This document shows, one piece after another, positions 1 through 10,406 of a DNA stretch of 37,482 nucleotides; the first letter of the stretch is position 1, and each line of letters begins with the position of its first letter. The notes beneath the pieces are model-generated. The model made no database searches and was not told the origin of the DNA. It worked only from the letters and a program-made list of their open reading frames with translations. The position numbers and the translations under genes are program-made. Where the stretch lies: positions 1 through 37,482 of the IMG/VR virus record IMGVR_UViG_2565956717_000009; one strand, 5' to 3'. The stretch comes from a virus. Lineage: Duplodnaviria; Heunggongvirae; Uroviricota; Caudoviricetes.

Positions 1-2946
1 TTAGTGCTTCCCTTCTATTAAGTCTAACCTAGCTTTTATTCTTTCTATTTCTCTGCGCTGCCATGCCGCCTCGATATAGAATAAGAGATCAGGTCTGACC
101 CCCCATCTAGATCCTGCTGGCGTTATTTCAACGCGCTCAATGATGTCTTCCATTACCATCACTGGATTATCATCCTCATCAACAATGATGCTCCCGTCAT
201 TATCAGTCAGCGGCATTTCCCTTTGGCCAGTAATGACGTCATCATATACTGCGGGATAATCGTCATAGCAAAGAAAGGCATAGCGGCATGTTGTGCTTTC
301 TTCTTCCATGAGTCCGTGAGAAATAAGAACATCACGAAGTTGCTGCGCGATTACACCATGATGTATCCTCGCCCCTTCTTCCCCCTTTATAGCGACAGCG
401 TTCAGCCATTTATAAGCGATATACCTGACGTCACCCCAGGCATCCAGCAATGCTTCGTCAGGAGAGACCGGCTCTGTCTTTAATGTTCCGTCACTGGTAA
501 CCACAGGATTGGAGCCAAGATAAACTGTCGAGAACCTGTTTCCCGGACCACCAAGAGCATTTACATTATCAAGATAAGGTTTAACATCTCCGTTCTCAAA
601 AAGATGTTCGAGTGCGTTATATACCGCGCGACGTGGAGTACTGCTTCCGGAACCATGCAACGTTATCATTGCACCATCTGCTGAAGACGTTGTTTCACCG
701 CCGCTAACGATTAATCTCTGAGCGGTAACATCATCAGACGGTACTTTCTTCGCAATAATGGCGTAATTACCCTCAAGTTTGACTTCCGCGCGAACTTGTC
801 CTGATGTACCTGCATGGACAGTCAGTGACTGGACGGCAACATCATCTGTGAAATCAACGGGTACAGGAACCGTCCTCACGCCTGACGTCGACATAAAAGT
901 AGGAAGCGTTCTGTTAGGAGTGGCTCCGTAGACAAAATCCCTTGAAACAAATTCTTCCTGTTTAATTTTCACCCTGAAACAATACAAATCAGCCGGGTGA
1001 CCATCGTGAACATAAGGATATTTTCTGTTGTTATCCCCTATGCTCCATGGGTTTAGAAAGTCTTCCCCACCGAAAATGTAGTACAGCCAGTTGTCTTTGA
1101 TACAAACTGAACCAACACCAACCGCAGAGTTAACTATTCCGCCCTGATAAATCTGATCAGTAACATTAACCCACTCTACATTATCCAGACTCCACTCATT
1201 GACGTTAACTCTGGTCATAAATGTTCTTGGATAATTTCCTGCATAACGGTTATCAGGTTCTCCTCCTTCCCACTCACCAAATGCGCGCTCACTGCCAAAA
1301 ATAATCAGCTCATCGCCAACTTTGGCAAAAGGAAAGTTTGAGTGATGAACATTATTTGGGAAGCGAAGAGAATTCCATGATGTACCTAAATCAGAGCTTC
1401 TGTGCAATGAACTACCGGGTTGAGTACTTAATGTCCCCCTGGTCGTCAGATACAGAATGCCATCATAATATTTTACACATGGCTCAGATGCATTCGCCTC
1501 ATATTCTGCAGGTATGCGTCTGCGAACAAAGCTACCAGGAGAACCGAAAGCATCAGAGAAATAGAGTATCCCAAGCTCGCGTGGACCAATATCACCATTA
1601 TGGTAGCCAACAGCAAAACTGTTATCGCTAATCGTCGCAAAACTGTGAATCTCAGTAACAGGAGTGCTTCCGTCAACAAAAGAAGGAATAGTTCCAAGAC
1701 TGGTTTTTCTCCATGGTGAAGAGTGAAATGATGTACCAAAACTCCAGTATCTACCCTCGTTATTCTGATCCACATCCTGGGTATTTTGCGTCGTAACTGT
1801 AAAAGTATTTTTATCAATAACAGTAGTCACCGTCATATTCCCGGTAACACCTGTAACACCAGAGTTTGAGAAGTTGACAAAATCACCAGCAAATAATCCG
1901 TGATCAGTAATGCGAATATAAGCGACTTGCTGATTTGCTGCTTTCGTTATACCACCATAAACGCGAAGGCTGCGACTCATTGGGCGATCCCACAACTCTG
2001 CAACCTGCAGTTTATTTCCGCTCACGGTCCGCGTCTCAATTACAGCAAAAAGGCGATTTCTGACAACCCCCATACACATGCAGTGATAGTTAACTGTGGG
2101 ATAGTTTTCATGTAAATCTGTAAGCCATTCCGGCGTTGTCCAGGTCTTCCCGTCATCTCCTGAGCGAACCCATGCAACATGGAGGTTATTTACACCATGG
2201 CGGTCTCCAGCCATAAAAGGCGCATAGATGACATTGTCATATACAAACGTTTTATCCTGCGTCCAGGCGTTGTACCACGGTGTATCTGTAATTTTAAATA
2301 ACTCTCCCTGGATAAAATCTTCAGAAGCATAAAAAAGAGGCTGACCCGGTATTCTCTCAAATAAAAAACGAGCATTTTTAAATCGACTGACATCTGGAAG
2401 AGTTGATACTTTAAAAGTAAGCCCTCGCCCATCTATCTTTTCACCACCTGTTGCAACAGAAAGTAATTCTGATAGAGCTGATGTATCATCATGAACACCA
2501 TCACCAATAGCCCCCCAACCTCTTACATCATAACTGTCTCTCCATCTTGCTATCTGAAGTTTTGGGTATTTATTCGCTCCATCTGGGTCTTCTAATTGCT
2601 GCCGTAACTGATCAGGATCATACTTCAGCACATTAGGAAAATAGAACTGCTGTGTACCATACGCATCATAAACAGCCATAGAATGGCCTTGCACGGTTAC
2701 GAATTTGGCAATCTGTCCGTTATATACCGGATATCCAGCAGCGTTAATCATTATTGGTTGCGAAACAGGAATGTGAGAACCGTCTTCGTTCTCTACATAA
2801 ACCTGAATCTGGTTTTCAGGATTTACCGGGTCAGTGTCAATTTTACCGATATAAATTTTGCCATTGGCTACGGCTTTAAAAGAACGCGCCATAGTGAAGA
2901 GTTGCGAAGGCATACTCACTACAACATTGGCTGTAATGTCTGTCAT
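1..2946 (-). CDS. Tailspike: P22 gp9-like head-binding N-domain + sialidase-fold (endosialidase-like) receptor domain + C-terminal intramolecular chaperone (peptidase S74-like)
   Basis: N-terminus [11 protein letters not shown]...[11 protein letters not shown]...LKYDPDQ matches recalled P22 gp9 head-binding domain; two Asp-box motifs ([16 protein letters not shown]); C-terminal ...[16 protein letters not shown]... resembles endosialidase/tail-fibre chaperone domain; 981 aa ORF. Confidence 0.88.
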   Translation of the reverse strand: MTDITANVVVSMPSQLFTMARSFKAVANGKIYIGKIDTDPVNPENQIQVYVENEDGSHIPVSQPIMINAAGYPVYNGQIAKFVTVQGHSMAVYDAYGTQQFYFPNVLKYDPDQLRQQLEDPDGANKYPKLQIARWRDSYDVRGWGAIGDGVHDDTSALSELLSVATGGEKIDGRGLTFKVSTLPDVSRFKNARFLFERIPGQPLFYASEDFIQGELFKITDTPWYNAWTQDKTFVYDNVIYAPFMAGDRHGVNNLHVAWVRSGDDGKTWTTPEWLTDLHENYPTVNYHCMCMGVVRNRLFAVIETRTVSGNKLQVAELWDRPMSRSLRVYGGITKAANQQVAYIRITDHGLFAGDFVNFSNSGVTGVTGNMTVTTVIDKNTFTVTTQNTQDVDQNNEGRYWSFGTSFHSSPWRKTSLGTIPSFVDGSTPVTEIHSFATISDNSFAVGYHNGDIGPRELGILYFSDAFGSPGSFVRRRIPAEYEANASEPCVKYYDGILYLTTRGTLSTQPGSSLHRSSDLGTSWNSLRFPNNVHHSNFPFAKVGDELIIFGSERAFGEWEGGEPDNRYAGNYPRTFMTRVNVNEWSLDNVEWVNVTDQIYQGGIVNSAVGVGSVCIKDNWLYYIFGGEDFLNPWSIGDNNRKYPYVHDGHPADLYCFRVKIKQEEFVSRDFVYGATPNRTLPTFMSTSGVRTVPVPVDFTDDVAVQSLTVHAGTSGQVRAEVKLEGNYAIIAKKVPSDDVTAQRLIVSGGETTSSADGAMITLHGSGSSTPRRAVYNALEHLFENGDVKPYLDNVNALGGPGNRFSTVYLGSNPVVTSDGTLKTEPVSPDEALLDAWGDVRYIAYKWLNAVAIKGEEGARIHHGVIAQQLRDVLISHGLMEEESTTCRYAFLCYDDYPAVYDDVITGQREMPLTDNDGSIIVDEDDNPVMVMEDIIERVEITPAGSRWGVRPDLLFYIEAAWQRREIERIKARLDLIEGKH

Positions 2947-3013
2947 TTAATTTGCTCCAGATACAAGGAATCGCCGCAGCATTGCCACAGTGATGCATTA
3001 TTAATCAAACAAA

Positions 3014-3028
3014 GAGACCGCTGTGGTC
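3014..3028. promoter_or_regulatory. Palindrome AGACC-GCTGT-GGTCT in tailspike/mnt divergent intergenic region; candidate operator
   Basis: Perfect 5-bp inverted arms with 5-nt spacer in the 146-bp divergent region; architecture loosely resembles recalled P22 Omnt. Binding protein not established. Confidence 0.25.
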
Positions 3029-3092
3029 TTATTGAGGATGCAACCAGCAGATAATAAGATGCCGATCCACTCACAAAAGCGAGGCATCAAGA

Positions 3093-3344
3093 ATGGGAAG
3101 AGATGACCCGCAATTTAATCTGCGGCTACCTTACGAATTAAAGGAAAAACTAAAACAGCGAGCCAAATCCAATGGCCGCTCTCTTAATTCAGAATTAGTT
3201 CAGATAGTGACTGATGCTGTATCAAAGCCATCCAAAATTTCAGGCTATCGAGACGATGCGGAACGCATCGCTGATGAGCAGTCAGAGCTTGTTAAGAAGA
3301 TGGTGTTTGATACGCTGAAGGATTTGTACAAAAAACCCACCTGA
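3093..3344 (+). CDS. mnt: Mnt-like ribbon-helix-helix repressor
   Basis: 83 aa; MGRDDPQFNLRLPYELKEKLKQRAKSNGRSLNSELVQIV...AERIADEQSELVKKMVFDTLKDLYKK closely matches recalled P22 Mnt; GAGG RBS 8 nt upstream. Confidence 0.8.
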   Translation: MGRDDPQFNLRLPYELKEKLKQRAKSNGRSLNSELVQIVTDAVSKPSKISGYRDDAERIADEQSELVKKMVFDTLKDLYKKPT

Positions 3345-3360
3345 AGGTGGGTTAATTTTT
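3331..3360 (+). terminator. Hairpin terminator at mnt 3' end (cccacc-tgaa-ggtggg + T-rich tail)
   Basis: 6-bp GC-rich stem at 3336-3341/3346-3351 flanked by A-run upstream and ttaattttt downstream; mnt stop codon lies in the loop. Confidence 0.55.
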
Positions 3361-3443
3361 GCATTTACCTGGGCCATATTGACTACTTATAAAATGAGAT
3401 CAATATTTAATCGCCCAATAACGGGTGTATGTTGAGGTATATC

Positions 3444-3623
3444 ATGGCGAAAAAACCAGGTGAAAACACAGGAAAAAACGGCGGAATATACCAAGAAGTT
3501 GGCCCACGCGGCGGTAAGAAAGACAATTTTGCAACCGTCAAGGACAACGAAAGGCTTCCACCAACAACAAAGCCAGGTCATGGCTGGGTATTGGATAAGC
3601 GAACTCCAGACAGCAAAAAGTAA
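3444..3623 (+). CDS. Small Gly/Lys-rich protein, YjzC-like (recollection)
   Basis: 59 aa from ATG 3444 with GAGGT RBS 5 nt upstream; KPGE..G.Y.EVG pattern; possible -35 TTGACT at about 3389. Confidence 0.5.
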   Translation: MAKKPGENTGKNGGIYQEVGPRGGKKDNFATVKDNERLPPTTKPGHGWVLDKRTPDSKK

Positions 3624-3628
3624 TAATC

Positions 3629-3651
3629 AAGCCGGGTCACTCCGGCTTTTT
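3629..3651. terminator. Bidirectional hairpin terminator between convergent genes
   Basis: aagccgg-gtcact-ccggctt followed by ttttt; sits between the 3' ends of 3444..3623 (+) and 3637..4002 (-). Confidence 0.55.
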
Positions 3652-4002
3652 GATATGTCGCTCGCAGAACTCAACAAGCCTGCTCATTAAGTAGCAGTAA
3701 GTCTCGTTGGCTCTTCCTGGTTCAACATCAACACCTACCCTTGAGCAGATATCGAATGCCATGTGAGCGCACTCATGGGCAATAGTAGATAGTTTGCCAT
3801 TGAACACGCCTATCACATGCAAAACACCATTCTCGCTACTCATTGTATGAGACGCTCCGTTGGCGTCCGAGTCATGCACGTCAACGCCAAGTTTTTGATG
3901 CAGGCGTTGCCATTCTGGAAAGTCTCTACAAAACACAATTGTACCGCTCTCAAAGAGCGGAACGAGCATCTTTGGTACTTTTCCAATGTTAACTTTTTTC
4001 AT
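3637..4002 (-). CDS. Small HExxH-motif protein (putative zinc metallopeptidase-like; ImmA/IrrE-like is a guess)
   Basis: 121 aa; HECAH at residues 76-80; AGGA upstream of ATG; A+T-rich coding sequence; no transmembrane segment evident. Confidence 0.5.
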   Translation of the reverse strand: MKKVNIGKVPKMLVPLFESGTIVFCRDFPEWQRLHQKLGVDVHDSDANGASHTMSSENGVLHVIGVFNGKLSTIAHECAHMAFDICSRVGVDVEPGRANETYCYLMSRLVEFCERHIKKPE

Positions 4003-4032
4003 GGTATCCTGCGTAAAACTAAGGAGGTTGGT

Positions 4033-4455
4033 GTGTTTGGTATATTAAAGAAAAGCAAGATAAAAAAATTAAGGGCAGAACTCGCCGAAACACAAAAACT
4101 GGCTTCACATTTTTACAAAATGAAATACGACGCTGAAGAGCGTGCATTCGTTGAGTTATGCGATTTATCTATTCGTATGGGAGTAGAGCCAGATGTAGCG
4201 GCAAAAACTCAACAAGGCATTGATATACTTGCAGATGTTGTTTTAAACAGGCAATATGCGTTTTATCTAAACGAGAAGGCCATTCAGATTTACTCGCAAA
4301 TCTTCCTCCTAGAAAAAAGAAGAGGAACTCACGATCGAGAAGAGTGGTTAAATGAAGTTGTTAAAAAATCTGGCTGGGAAGTTGTTTCATCAGAACTACC
4401 TCTTATTTGTGCTGATTTAATCGAAGAGGCAAAAGAGCGCCTATCCGATGGCTAG
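4033..4455 (+). CDS. Hypothetical alpha-helical protein, divergent from the HExxH gene
   Basis: GTG start at 4033 preceded by AGGAGG (4022-4027) at 5-nt spacing; in frame with ORF-track 3817..4455 but the long form has no RBS and overlaps the minus gene; 140 aa. Confidence 0.5.
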   Translation: MFGILKKSKIKKLRAELAETQKLASHFYKMKYDAEERAFVELCDLSIRMGVEPDVAAKTQQGIDILADVVLNRQYAFYLNEKAIQIYSQIFLLEKRRGTHDREEWLNEVVKKSGWEVVSSELPLICADLIEEAKERLSDG

Positions 4456-4458
4456 ACG

Positions 4459-4474
4459 AATCCATCCGTGGATT
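4459..4474. other. Hairpin (aatcca-tccg-tggatt) between convergent genes; no T-run
   Basis: 6-bp inverted repeat between the end of 4033..4455 and the gp16-like stop at 4480. Confidence 0.3.
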
Positions 4475-4479
4475 ACTAA

Positions 4480-6636
4480 TTACTCCTGTGCCATTCCGCT
4501 TAGCGATGCCACAATTCCAGCTCTTGCTAAACGCTGGAACTCTTCGTTTCCTAGTGCCTCGCGTATTGCCTTTACGGCGGCCTTATTTGCCATAAATCTG
4601 CGTTCCGCCGCCGCTAATGCACCATCACTTGCCCCAACCTTAACTGCCTTTGTTGCCTCTTGAACAGCCTTTTCAATAGCGTAACGACCACTGCGGGATG
4701 CAGCTAACTTTTCTATCGTCCCTTTAGCTATAGATCCAGAAACAGCCCCTACAACACCGCCAACAATCCCTCCACCAGTAGTACCAACAATAGCCCCTGA
4801 TGTTGAATTGCCTATTGCATTGAGAACTGTCATGACAGCTTTTGGCAGTCCTTGCTCAAGAGAGTTAATTGCCGGTATAGAGCGCCCCGTATGCTCTACA
4901 TATCGCAGTGGTCTGGTTGCTGCTCTGGCAAGGTCGCTGTATGCCCTAGCAATCTTACCCATTTCTGGCGAGTGCCTACTAATGGCAGTAATGTTCTGCG
5001 GCGTAAGGATCGACGCTATATGGAATACGCCAGCAGACTCTGATTTACCGCCACGCACCCCTTGCGATACCGCATCTTGTAATATTGATGCAATTGCAGG
5101 AGATCGCTCAGACTCTGGCAGCGCGCCAATAATCTGATGAAACTTTCCTGTCCCACTTTTTGATGAATTTTGCAAGGCTTTAATACCATCAGTGACTAAC
5201 TGATCAGTTGCAAGGTTTCTAAACGCTGCTTCAGCCTGTTCTTGTGCTGTAAATCTTGCTTTTGACAGATCATTAGCTTTTTGCCAGTCATCAAGAAAAC
5301 CGCCATTTTGAGCCATTATGCGCATATCTTCCGTTGCTGCATCACGAAGCTCCGCCATGCGCCTTGCCGTATTTGCCTCACCAGACCTTATATACTTCTG
5401 CTCAGCGTCAGCAAGTTTACTTCGCCATGCCTTCATGGCATCAAACGTGATTCCTTTTTTACCAGTTTTAGCATAAGCAGATGCAAATTGTTTCATCTCA
5501 GGAGTTAGCGGCATGCCAGCCAAAATATCACCCTGAATTGTAGCGTTCAGGTTTGACATTCTGGCCTTTGCGTCAGGCATCGTGGAGCGGACGCTATCCC
5601 ATGCTGCCTTTTCTGAGTTCTTCATTTTATCAATACTTGCTAAAACCCTTTGTTTTATGGCTGCACTTTTTTCTGATGCAGATCCAGCCTCAGCACCAAG
5701 TTCATCAAGTGCTGAGTGGAATTTCGACTGTATTTCACTAAAAGCCCTAGTATGTGCATCCTGAACAATTCCTGGTTCGGATGCCAATATCCCTTCGGCT
5801 TGTGCAATTCCACGACTTCCAGATCGCATTCCTGGTGTTAATGCGTTTATATCAATTCCAGCAGACTCAGCTGCTTTTGCTACATCTTCGGACACATTAG
5901 CGGCCTGACTGGCAATTGACTGACGCCCAGCACCTGACTTTGCCATCCTGGAAACATCATTAGCAGAATTCAGTGCTGCACCACCAAGAGCCTGTGAAAC
6001 CTTTGGCGCAATAACGCGCCCGACACCTGAAAGAACGCCTTGAGCACCAATATTGATACCACCGTTAATGGCAGCATTTTGTGCAAAATCACCCTCCTGA
6101 TTTGCAGCATCAGCAAGAGAACCGGCAATCATGTTTCCTGCGGAACCGATGTCTCCTGCGAGCTTTGCTGGCGCTCCAGCAGCTTTTGCCGCTGTGCCAA
6201 TTGGCAGGAGATACCCACCAATTGTTTCACCGGCTTGTGCGTAAGAGTCTGTCGGTCGATCGACTGGACGATAGACATCATCCAAAACCTTGGGGCCACC
6301 AAGCCCCTGGCTGATTGCATTAATCAGACTTGCGCCACCCTGCAATACGTCAAATGGTATGTTTACCAGACCACGACCAGCCTGTTCTGCAATTTGCCCT
6401 GCACTTTGACCACCAGTGAGCCAATCGCCAGCTTGTTGCATCAATGATGGTTCTTCTTTCTGCTGCTGAGGCGGATGGTATGCTGCATAAAACTGATCTC
6501 TTGCTTCAGCCCATTTGTCACCAGCCTTAGGGGCAACAACCTCATCAAAATATTGCGCTTGAGCCTGTGCTTTCTGTTCTTCAGTTAACGCCTGATACTG
6601 TGGAGAGGCGATAACATCTTTCCATGCTTTAGCCAT
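4480..6636 (-). CDS. Ejection (DNA transfer) protein, P22 gp16-like
   Basis: 718 aa, Ala/Gly/Gln-rich; position and order 7-20-16 immediately upstream of the immI region as in P22. Confidence 0.7.
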   Translation of the reverse strand: MAKAWKDVIASPQYQALTEEQKAQAQAQYFDEVVAPKAGDKWAEARDQFYAAYHPPQQQKEEPSLMQQAGDWLTGGQSAGQIAEQAGRGLVNIPFDVLQGGASLINAISQGLGGPKVLDDVYRPVDRPTDSYAQAGETIGGYLLPIGTAAKAAGAPAKLAGDIGSAGNMIAGSLADAANQEGDFAQNAAINGGINIGAQGVLSGVGRVIAPKVSQALGGAALNSANDVSRMAKSGAGRQSIASQAANVSEDVAKAAESAGIDINALTPGMRSGSRGIAQAEGILASEPGIVQDAHTRAFSEIQSKFHSALDELGAEAGSASEKSAAIKQRVLASIDKMKNSEKAAWDSVRSTMPDAKARMSNLNATIQGDILAGMPLTPEMKQFASAYAKTGKKGITFDAMKAWRSKLADAEQKYIRSGEANTARRMAELRDAATEDMRIMAQNGGFLDDWQKANDLSKARFTAQEQAEAAFRNLATDQLVTDGIKALQNSSKSGTGKFHQIIGALPESERSPAIASILQDAVSQGVRGGKSESAGVFHIASILTPQNITAISRHSPEMGKIARAYSDLARAATRPLRYVEHTGRSIPAINSLEQGLPKAVMTVLNAIGNSTSGAIVGTTGGGIVGGVVGAVSGSIAKGTIEKLAASRSGRYAIEKAVQEATKAVKVGASDGALAAAERRFMANKAAVKAIREALGNEEFQRLARAGIVASLSGMAQE

Positions 6637-7985
6637 TAATCACCCCATAAAGACGAGAAACCGGACTTATTGCTGTCGCTTCCTGATTTTCGCTCACTAA
6701 CATATGTGTCATAACCTGATGAACTATATCCCATTGATTCAGCCTCCCTTGCTGCAACCTTTTGAAATACAGAATATTGCGATCGGATTTCAGATAACTG
6801 TTTTCTGACGACCTCTTCAGGCTGTGTTATATCGAGTTTCGCGATAAGGTTTTCCAGTTTTTGTCCTTCAGCATTGGAGAGGCTACCCATACCTCGCATA
6901 GTCTGCACGTTCTGGACAAACGCACCCGACTTTAATTCTTCTATCGCATTACGGTTTGCAAGCCCTTCAGCACTTGTGAAGCCATCTATATTTCTTCCTT
7001 CGAAGCGACCGATACCTTCAAGCTCCTTCTTACCAAGCAAAGAATCTATTTTCTCTATCCCTCGCTCACCAGTAATCAACGCATTGTTGTAATTATTGTT
7101 GCCATCAAGCCATCTCTTAGCCTGAGACATTCTGGCTGACGTTGCAGCTTTACCGGTTAGCGGATCAATTCCCGTCGCTGCTATCTGTGAGTTAAGAGAC
7201 AAAACATCCATATCCTGAAGTTGTCCTGCTCTTTCAAGGGCCGCCTGTGACTGCTTAAACACATACTTGTCGTGATTCAGTCTTGCCATTTGAGCCTTAT
7301 AGGAAAGATCCTGCCCCCTAATAGCCCTCGCATTCGTCATGTCATTATTGCGAATGGTTTCGTTAATTCTTTGCTGCTCCTGCTGGCGACCAACCATCTT
7401 GTCCTGAACAGCAAACGCCTTTTCTGGTCCAAGCGCACCGAGAGACATAGTAGTCAGCATGTGTGATAGCTGCTCTGGATTCTGGATACCTGTCTGAATC
7501 ATCCAGTCAGCATTAGCACCAACGCGATTTAACCTGTCCTTGTTGTCAGTAATGAATTTACTGTAGGCTTCCGGTCCCTGAGAAAGAGCGACGTTAGCCC
7601 TCATGGCTAAATCGCCCATATCGTTGCGTTGCTGATCATTAAGACCTGAAAACGCCTGTTGTGCCTGTGCAACAAACGCTGGATTTTCCTGGGCAAACTT
7701 AAATAGTCCCGATGGATCACCAGAAGCCCATGCATCAGCATGAACCTTATTGAACGCACTAATCGCTTTCTGTTGCTGTTCCTGCTTATAAATATCAGCA
7801 ACTCCAGCCAGACCACGTAACGCGGTCAGACCAACGTTATTTGCACCTGAGCGAGCCAGTTCATTGTTTTCGCGGATCAGACCAAGCGTTGCGTTAATGT
7901 CGCTTGCCTTTGGCGCATTCTCATTTTGCGCACCGATGCCAGCAAGAAACCCACCAGAATTAATACCCTGTTGCCACGTAGCCAT
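6636..7985 (-). CDS. Ejection protein, P22 gp20-like
   Basis: 449 aa; ATGA overlap with downstream gene; conserved order. Confidence 0.7.
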   Translation of the reverse strand: MATWQQGINSGGFLAGIGAQNENAPKASDINATLGLIRENNELARSGANNVGLTALRGLAGVADIYKQEQQQKAISAFNKVHADAWASGDPSGLFKFAQENPAFVAQAQQAFSGLNDQQRNDMGDLAMRANVALSQGPEAYSKFITDNKDRLNRVGANADWMIQTGIQNPEQLSHMLTTMSLGALGPEKAFAVQDKMVGRQQEQQRINETIRNNDMTNARAIRGQDLSYKAQMARLNHDKYVFKQSQAALERAGQLQDMDVLSLNSQIAATGIDPLTGKAATSARMSQAKRWLDGNNNYNNALITGERGIEKIDSLLGKKELEGIGRFEGRNIDGFTSAEGLANRNAIEELKSGAFVQNVQTMRGMGSLSNAEGQKLENLIAKLDITQPEEVVRKQLSEIRSQYSVFQKVAAREAESMGYSSSGYDTYVSERKSGSDSNKSGFSSLWGD

Positions 7986-7995
7986 TGATTACCCC

Positions 7996-8688
7996 TTAAA
8001 ACAACGAGCCAAGCAGACCAAGACCAGCACCGATACCAGCACCCCACGGAGTTGATAGCTCGAGAGCACTGGCTATGCCACCACCCAAAAGTGCACCGGA
8101 TGCAGCACCACTAACCCCCTGCTGCAATGCTGACGGTCGGTTGGCGTTTGCCGCAGCCAGCGCCGCGCTTTGCTGTGAAATCTGACTCATGTTGTTGGCA
8201 TATGTCTGCCCGGCGTTTGCCTGTCCCTGAAGAGCGCCAAGACCGATATTTGCCAGGTTGTTGTAATTGTTCATTTGTCCAGATAGCCATTGCTGACCAA
8301 GCGTTGGTGCGATTGTTGCTAACTGATTACTGGTTGCGGTGGAACCCAATCCACCTGTTGCTTCCGCTGCCGCCAGACTCTGATAGCGAGCCTGACCAGC
8401 AAGATCTTTGTACTGCTGAGAGTTGTAATACTGGTTAAGTGCCTGACCTTGCCCCTCCAGAGACGATAAGTTCTCGAGGCTGCCGACATACTTCTCAGCC
8501 AGAGGAGTAAACGGTTTCAGGTTGTTCATGATGGTGTTGAACTGCTGATTTTGCAGGTCTGCGGCATACTTCTGAGCTTCTGCTGCATACTTTGCGCTTT
8601 TATCAGAACTGCCACCTTTCCCGCCTTTTTCAGGGCAATAAGGTTCCTCGCCGCGCAGTTTTCTGCCCAGCTTAAATGCATATAACAT
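7996..8688 (-). CDS. Ejection protein, P22 gp7-like
   Basis: 230 aa (recalled P22 gp7 is about 229 aa); Gln/Ala-rich; conserved position. Confidence 0.7.
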   Translation of the reverse strand: MLYAFKLGRKLRGEEPYCPEKGGKGGSSDKSAKYAAEAQKYAADLQNQQFNTIMNNLKPFTPLAEKYVGSLENLSSLEGQGQALNQYYNSQQYKDLAGQARYQSLAAAEATGGLGSTATSNQLATIAPTLGQQWLSGQMNNYNNLANIGLGALQGQANAGQTYANNMSQISQQSAALAAANANRPSALQQGVSGAASGALLGGGIASALELSTPWGAGIGAGLGLLGSLF

Positions 8689-8690
8689 GG

Positions 8691-9146
8691 CTATCTCCCG
8701 TGCTTCAGGAAGTCGATTAGTTCTTCGCGTGTGGCGCTGTAAAACGTCACGTCATCCACGCCTTTGAAGTATTTCTTGATGGTTCCTACACGCTTAAGGC
8801 CAATCATTGCGCAGTACATCTGCCCGTGGCGGAATTTGCGTGCAGCGAACGATGTGACGCACTGAACGGTGGTGTTAGTCAGAATGTATCGCCAGAACGC
8901 CAGCCCGATTTCCTTGCTGAAGCCGCGAATCTCTGGCAGGTACATGGCGTGGCAATCAAAGGTCAGCGGCTGAATCTCCTGATAGTAAACAATTCCGCCG
9001 AACTGCCCGTGCACGTTCACCTCAAAGTAACGGCATTCAGGTTTGTAGTCGTATCCATCACCGTTGTTGCTCCCGGCGATAATGTCAGGGTGATTTCCTA
9101 CGGCTTCTATCAGGTCGATGTTTCGCGTTGGTTTGAATGTAATCAT
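8691..9146 (-). CDS. P22 gp14-like protein (by position)
   Basis: 151 aa between tail needle and gp7 homologues; start overlaps the gp26 stop. Confidence 0.55.
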   Translation of the reverse strand: MITFKPTRNIDLIEAVGNHPDIIAGSNNGDGYDYKPECRYFEVNVHGQFGGIVYYQEIQPLTFDCHAMYLPEIRGFSKEIGLAFWRYILTNTTVQCVTSFAARKFRHGQMYCAMIGLKRVGTIKKYFKGVDDVTFYSATREELIDFLKHGR

Positions 9147-9847
9147 CAGTCAATCAGCCCATGTAATCTAAGTGCCGTTTCAAGCGCCAGAATACGCTGC
9201 CGCGCCTGCTGCAAACCTGTAGCGAGGGCTGCGACTTCGGATTGTGTGTACGTAGTGCCGACTGTGTATGACTGGTTAGCGTTGAATGAGCCAAGAAGAG
9301 GTGTACCTGTGGCTGCAGTCCATCCGGTATTTCTTGCTCCAACAACCTGAATTCCATCAACTGAATATGATGTTTTTACATCCAGCGGTGACTCAAGAGA
9401 CTGCAATTCGGTTACGGTTTTCGATACGTAATCACTCTTAATGCCAGAGACATCGTTTTCTACCTCATCCAGTCTTTGGTCAACAGTGACCAGATGCGCC
9501 TGAATATCGATAACCTCATCCAGCAAGTAATCAACATCGCTACGCAGTACGACTATCTTCCCTTCGGCAGTTGTTAACCTGACCTCAAGTAGATTTATCG
9601 CTTTTGTGTTTGCGGTGATTCTTGCGTCGTGATCAGCCAGTTCGACATCCTGTTCATCGTTTTTTACCTGGGCATCGTAAGCGCCCTGACCAGCCTGATT
9701 TGCCTTCCCGGCAATTGCGCCGACATCAGCCCCCTGATTAATGACATACAGCAGGTAAGACTGGCTGAATATATTGCGTGGAAGGATTGATGTATCGAGT
9801 CGTGTAGCCTGGATGATTACCGGCACATTGAGATTCGAATCAGCCAT
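9146..9847 (-). CDS. Tail needle protein, P22 gp26-like
   Basis: [25 protein letters not shown]... and C-terminus ...[45 protein letters not shown] match recalled gp26; start at internal ATG 9847 with GGAGG 7 nt upstream. Confidence 0.85.
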   Translation of the reverse strand: MADSNLNVPVIIQATRLDTSILPRNIFSQSYLLYVINQGADVGAIAGKANQAGQGAYDAQVKNDEQDVELADHDARITANTKAINLLEVRLTTAEGKIVVLRSDVDYLLDEVIDIQAHLVTVDQRLDEVENDVSGIKSDYVSKTVTELQSLESPLDVKTSYSVDGIQVVGARNTGWTAATGTPLLGSFNANQSYTVGTTYTQSEVAALATGLQQARQRILALETALRLHGLID

Positions 9848-10385
9848 TAACATGCCTCCACGATTTACCAGACTGGATATTGTGAATCACCGTCTGACTG
9901 ACACAGTATTTTTTAGCAAGCTCTCTTTGATTAACTCCCTTTGATTTCTTTATTTCTATTACTTGCTCATATGATAGCTTTGAAATTGGATTATTTTCTC
10001 CTTTTAAAGCCGGAAACTTCACCCTGCCTTGAGATGAGCAATGCTTCATATTCTCCTTTTGAGTACACCACTCTAAATTAGAAGCATTATTATTTTTTCG
10101 GTTGTTATCTATGTGATTTATGAACGGCTTGCCTTCTGGATTGGGGACGAAAGCAAGAGCGACAAGCCTATGCACAAGCCATTTTACTTTAACTCCATCA
10201 ACACTAAGTGGCAAATATAGATAACCTTTATTATTCTCGTGTTGTTTTAGCCACCGCCCCTTTCTGAGTTGCGTGCTGCCATGCGCAGCTTTAACAACAC
10301 GTGAGTGAGAATATACTCGCCCATCCTCTGTTACGGCATATAAACCTTCATATCCAGGAATATCTTTTGCGTTTTCACTCAACAT
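9840..10385 (-). CDS. HNH homing endonuclease (NUMOD4-like N-motif + HNH + C-terminal HTH)
   Basis: [18 protein letters not shown] (NUMOD4-like), [12 protein letters not shown]...[24 protein letters not shown] (HNH), C-terminal [22 protein letters not shown]; strong AAGGAG RBS; A+T-rich. Confidence 0.85.
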   Translation of the reverse strand: MLSENAKDIPGYEGLYAVTEDGRVYSHSRVVKAAHGSTQLRKGRWLKQHENNKGYLYLPLSVDGVKVKWLVHRLVALAFVPNPEGKPFINHIDNNRKNNNASNLEWCTQKENMKHCSSQGRVKFPALKGENNPISKLSYEQVIEIKKSKGVNQRELAKKYCVSQTVIHNIQSGKSWRHVNG

Positions 10386-10406
10386 ATCTACTCCTTTAGT
10401 TTCGAT

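Noticed and set aside
223-2432. Several 60-110-aa ORFs on both strands within the tailspike region
   Set aside because: All fall inside the continuous 981-aa tailspike reading frame, whose domain content is recognisable; alternative-frame artefacts.
3817-4455. Long 212-aa version of the plus-strand ORF
   Set aside because: The first 72 codons overlap the HExxH gene antisense and lack an RBS; the in-frame GTG at 4033 with a consensus AGGAGG is a far better start.
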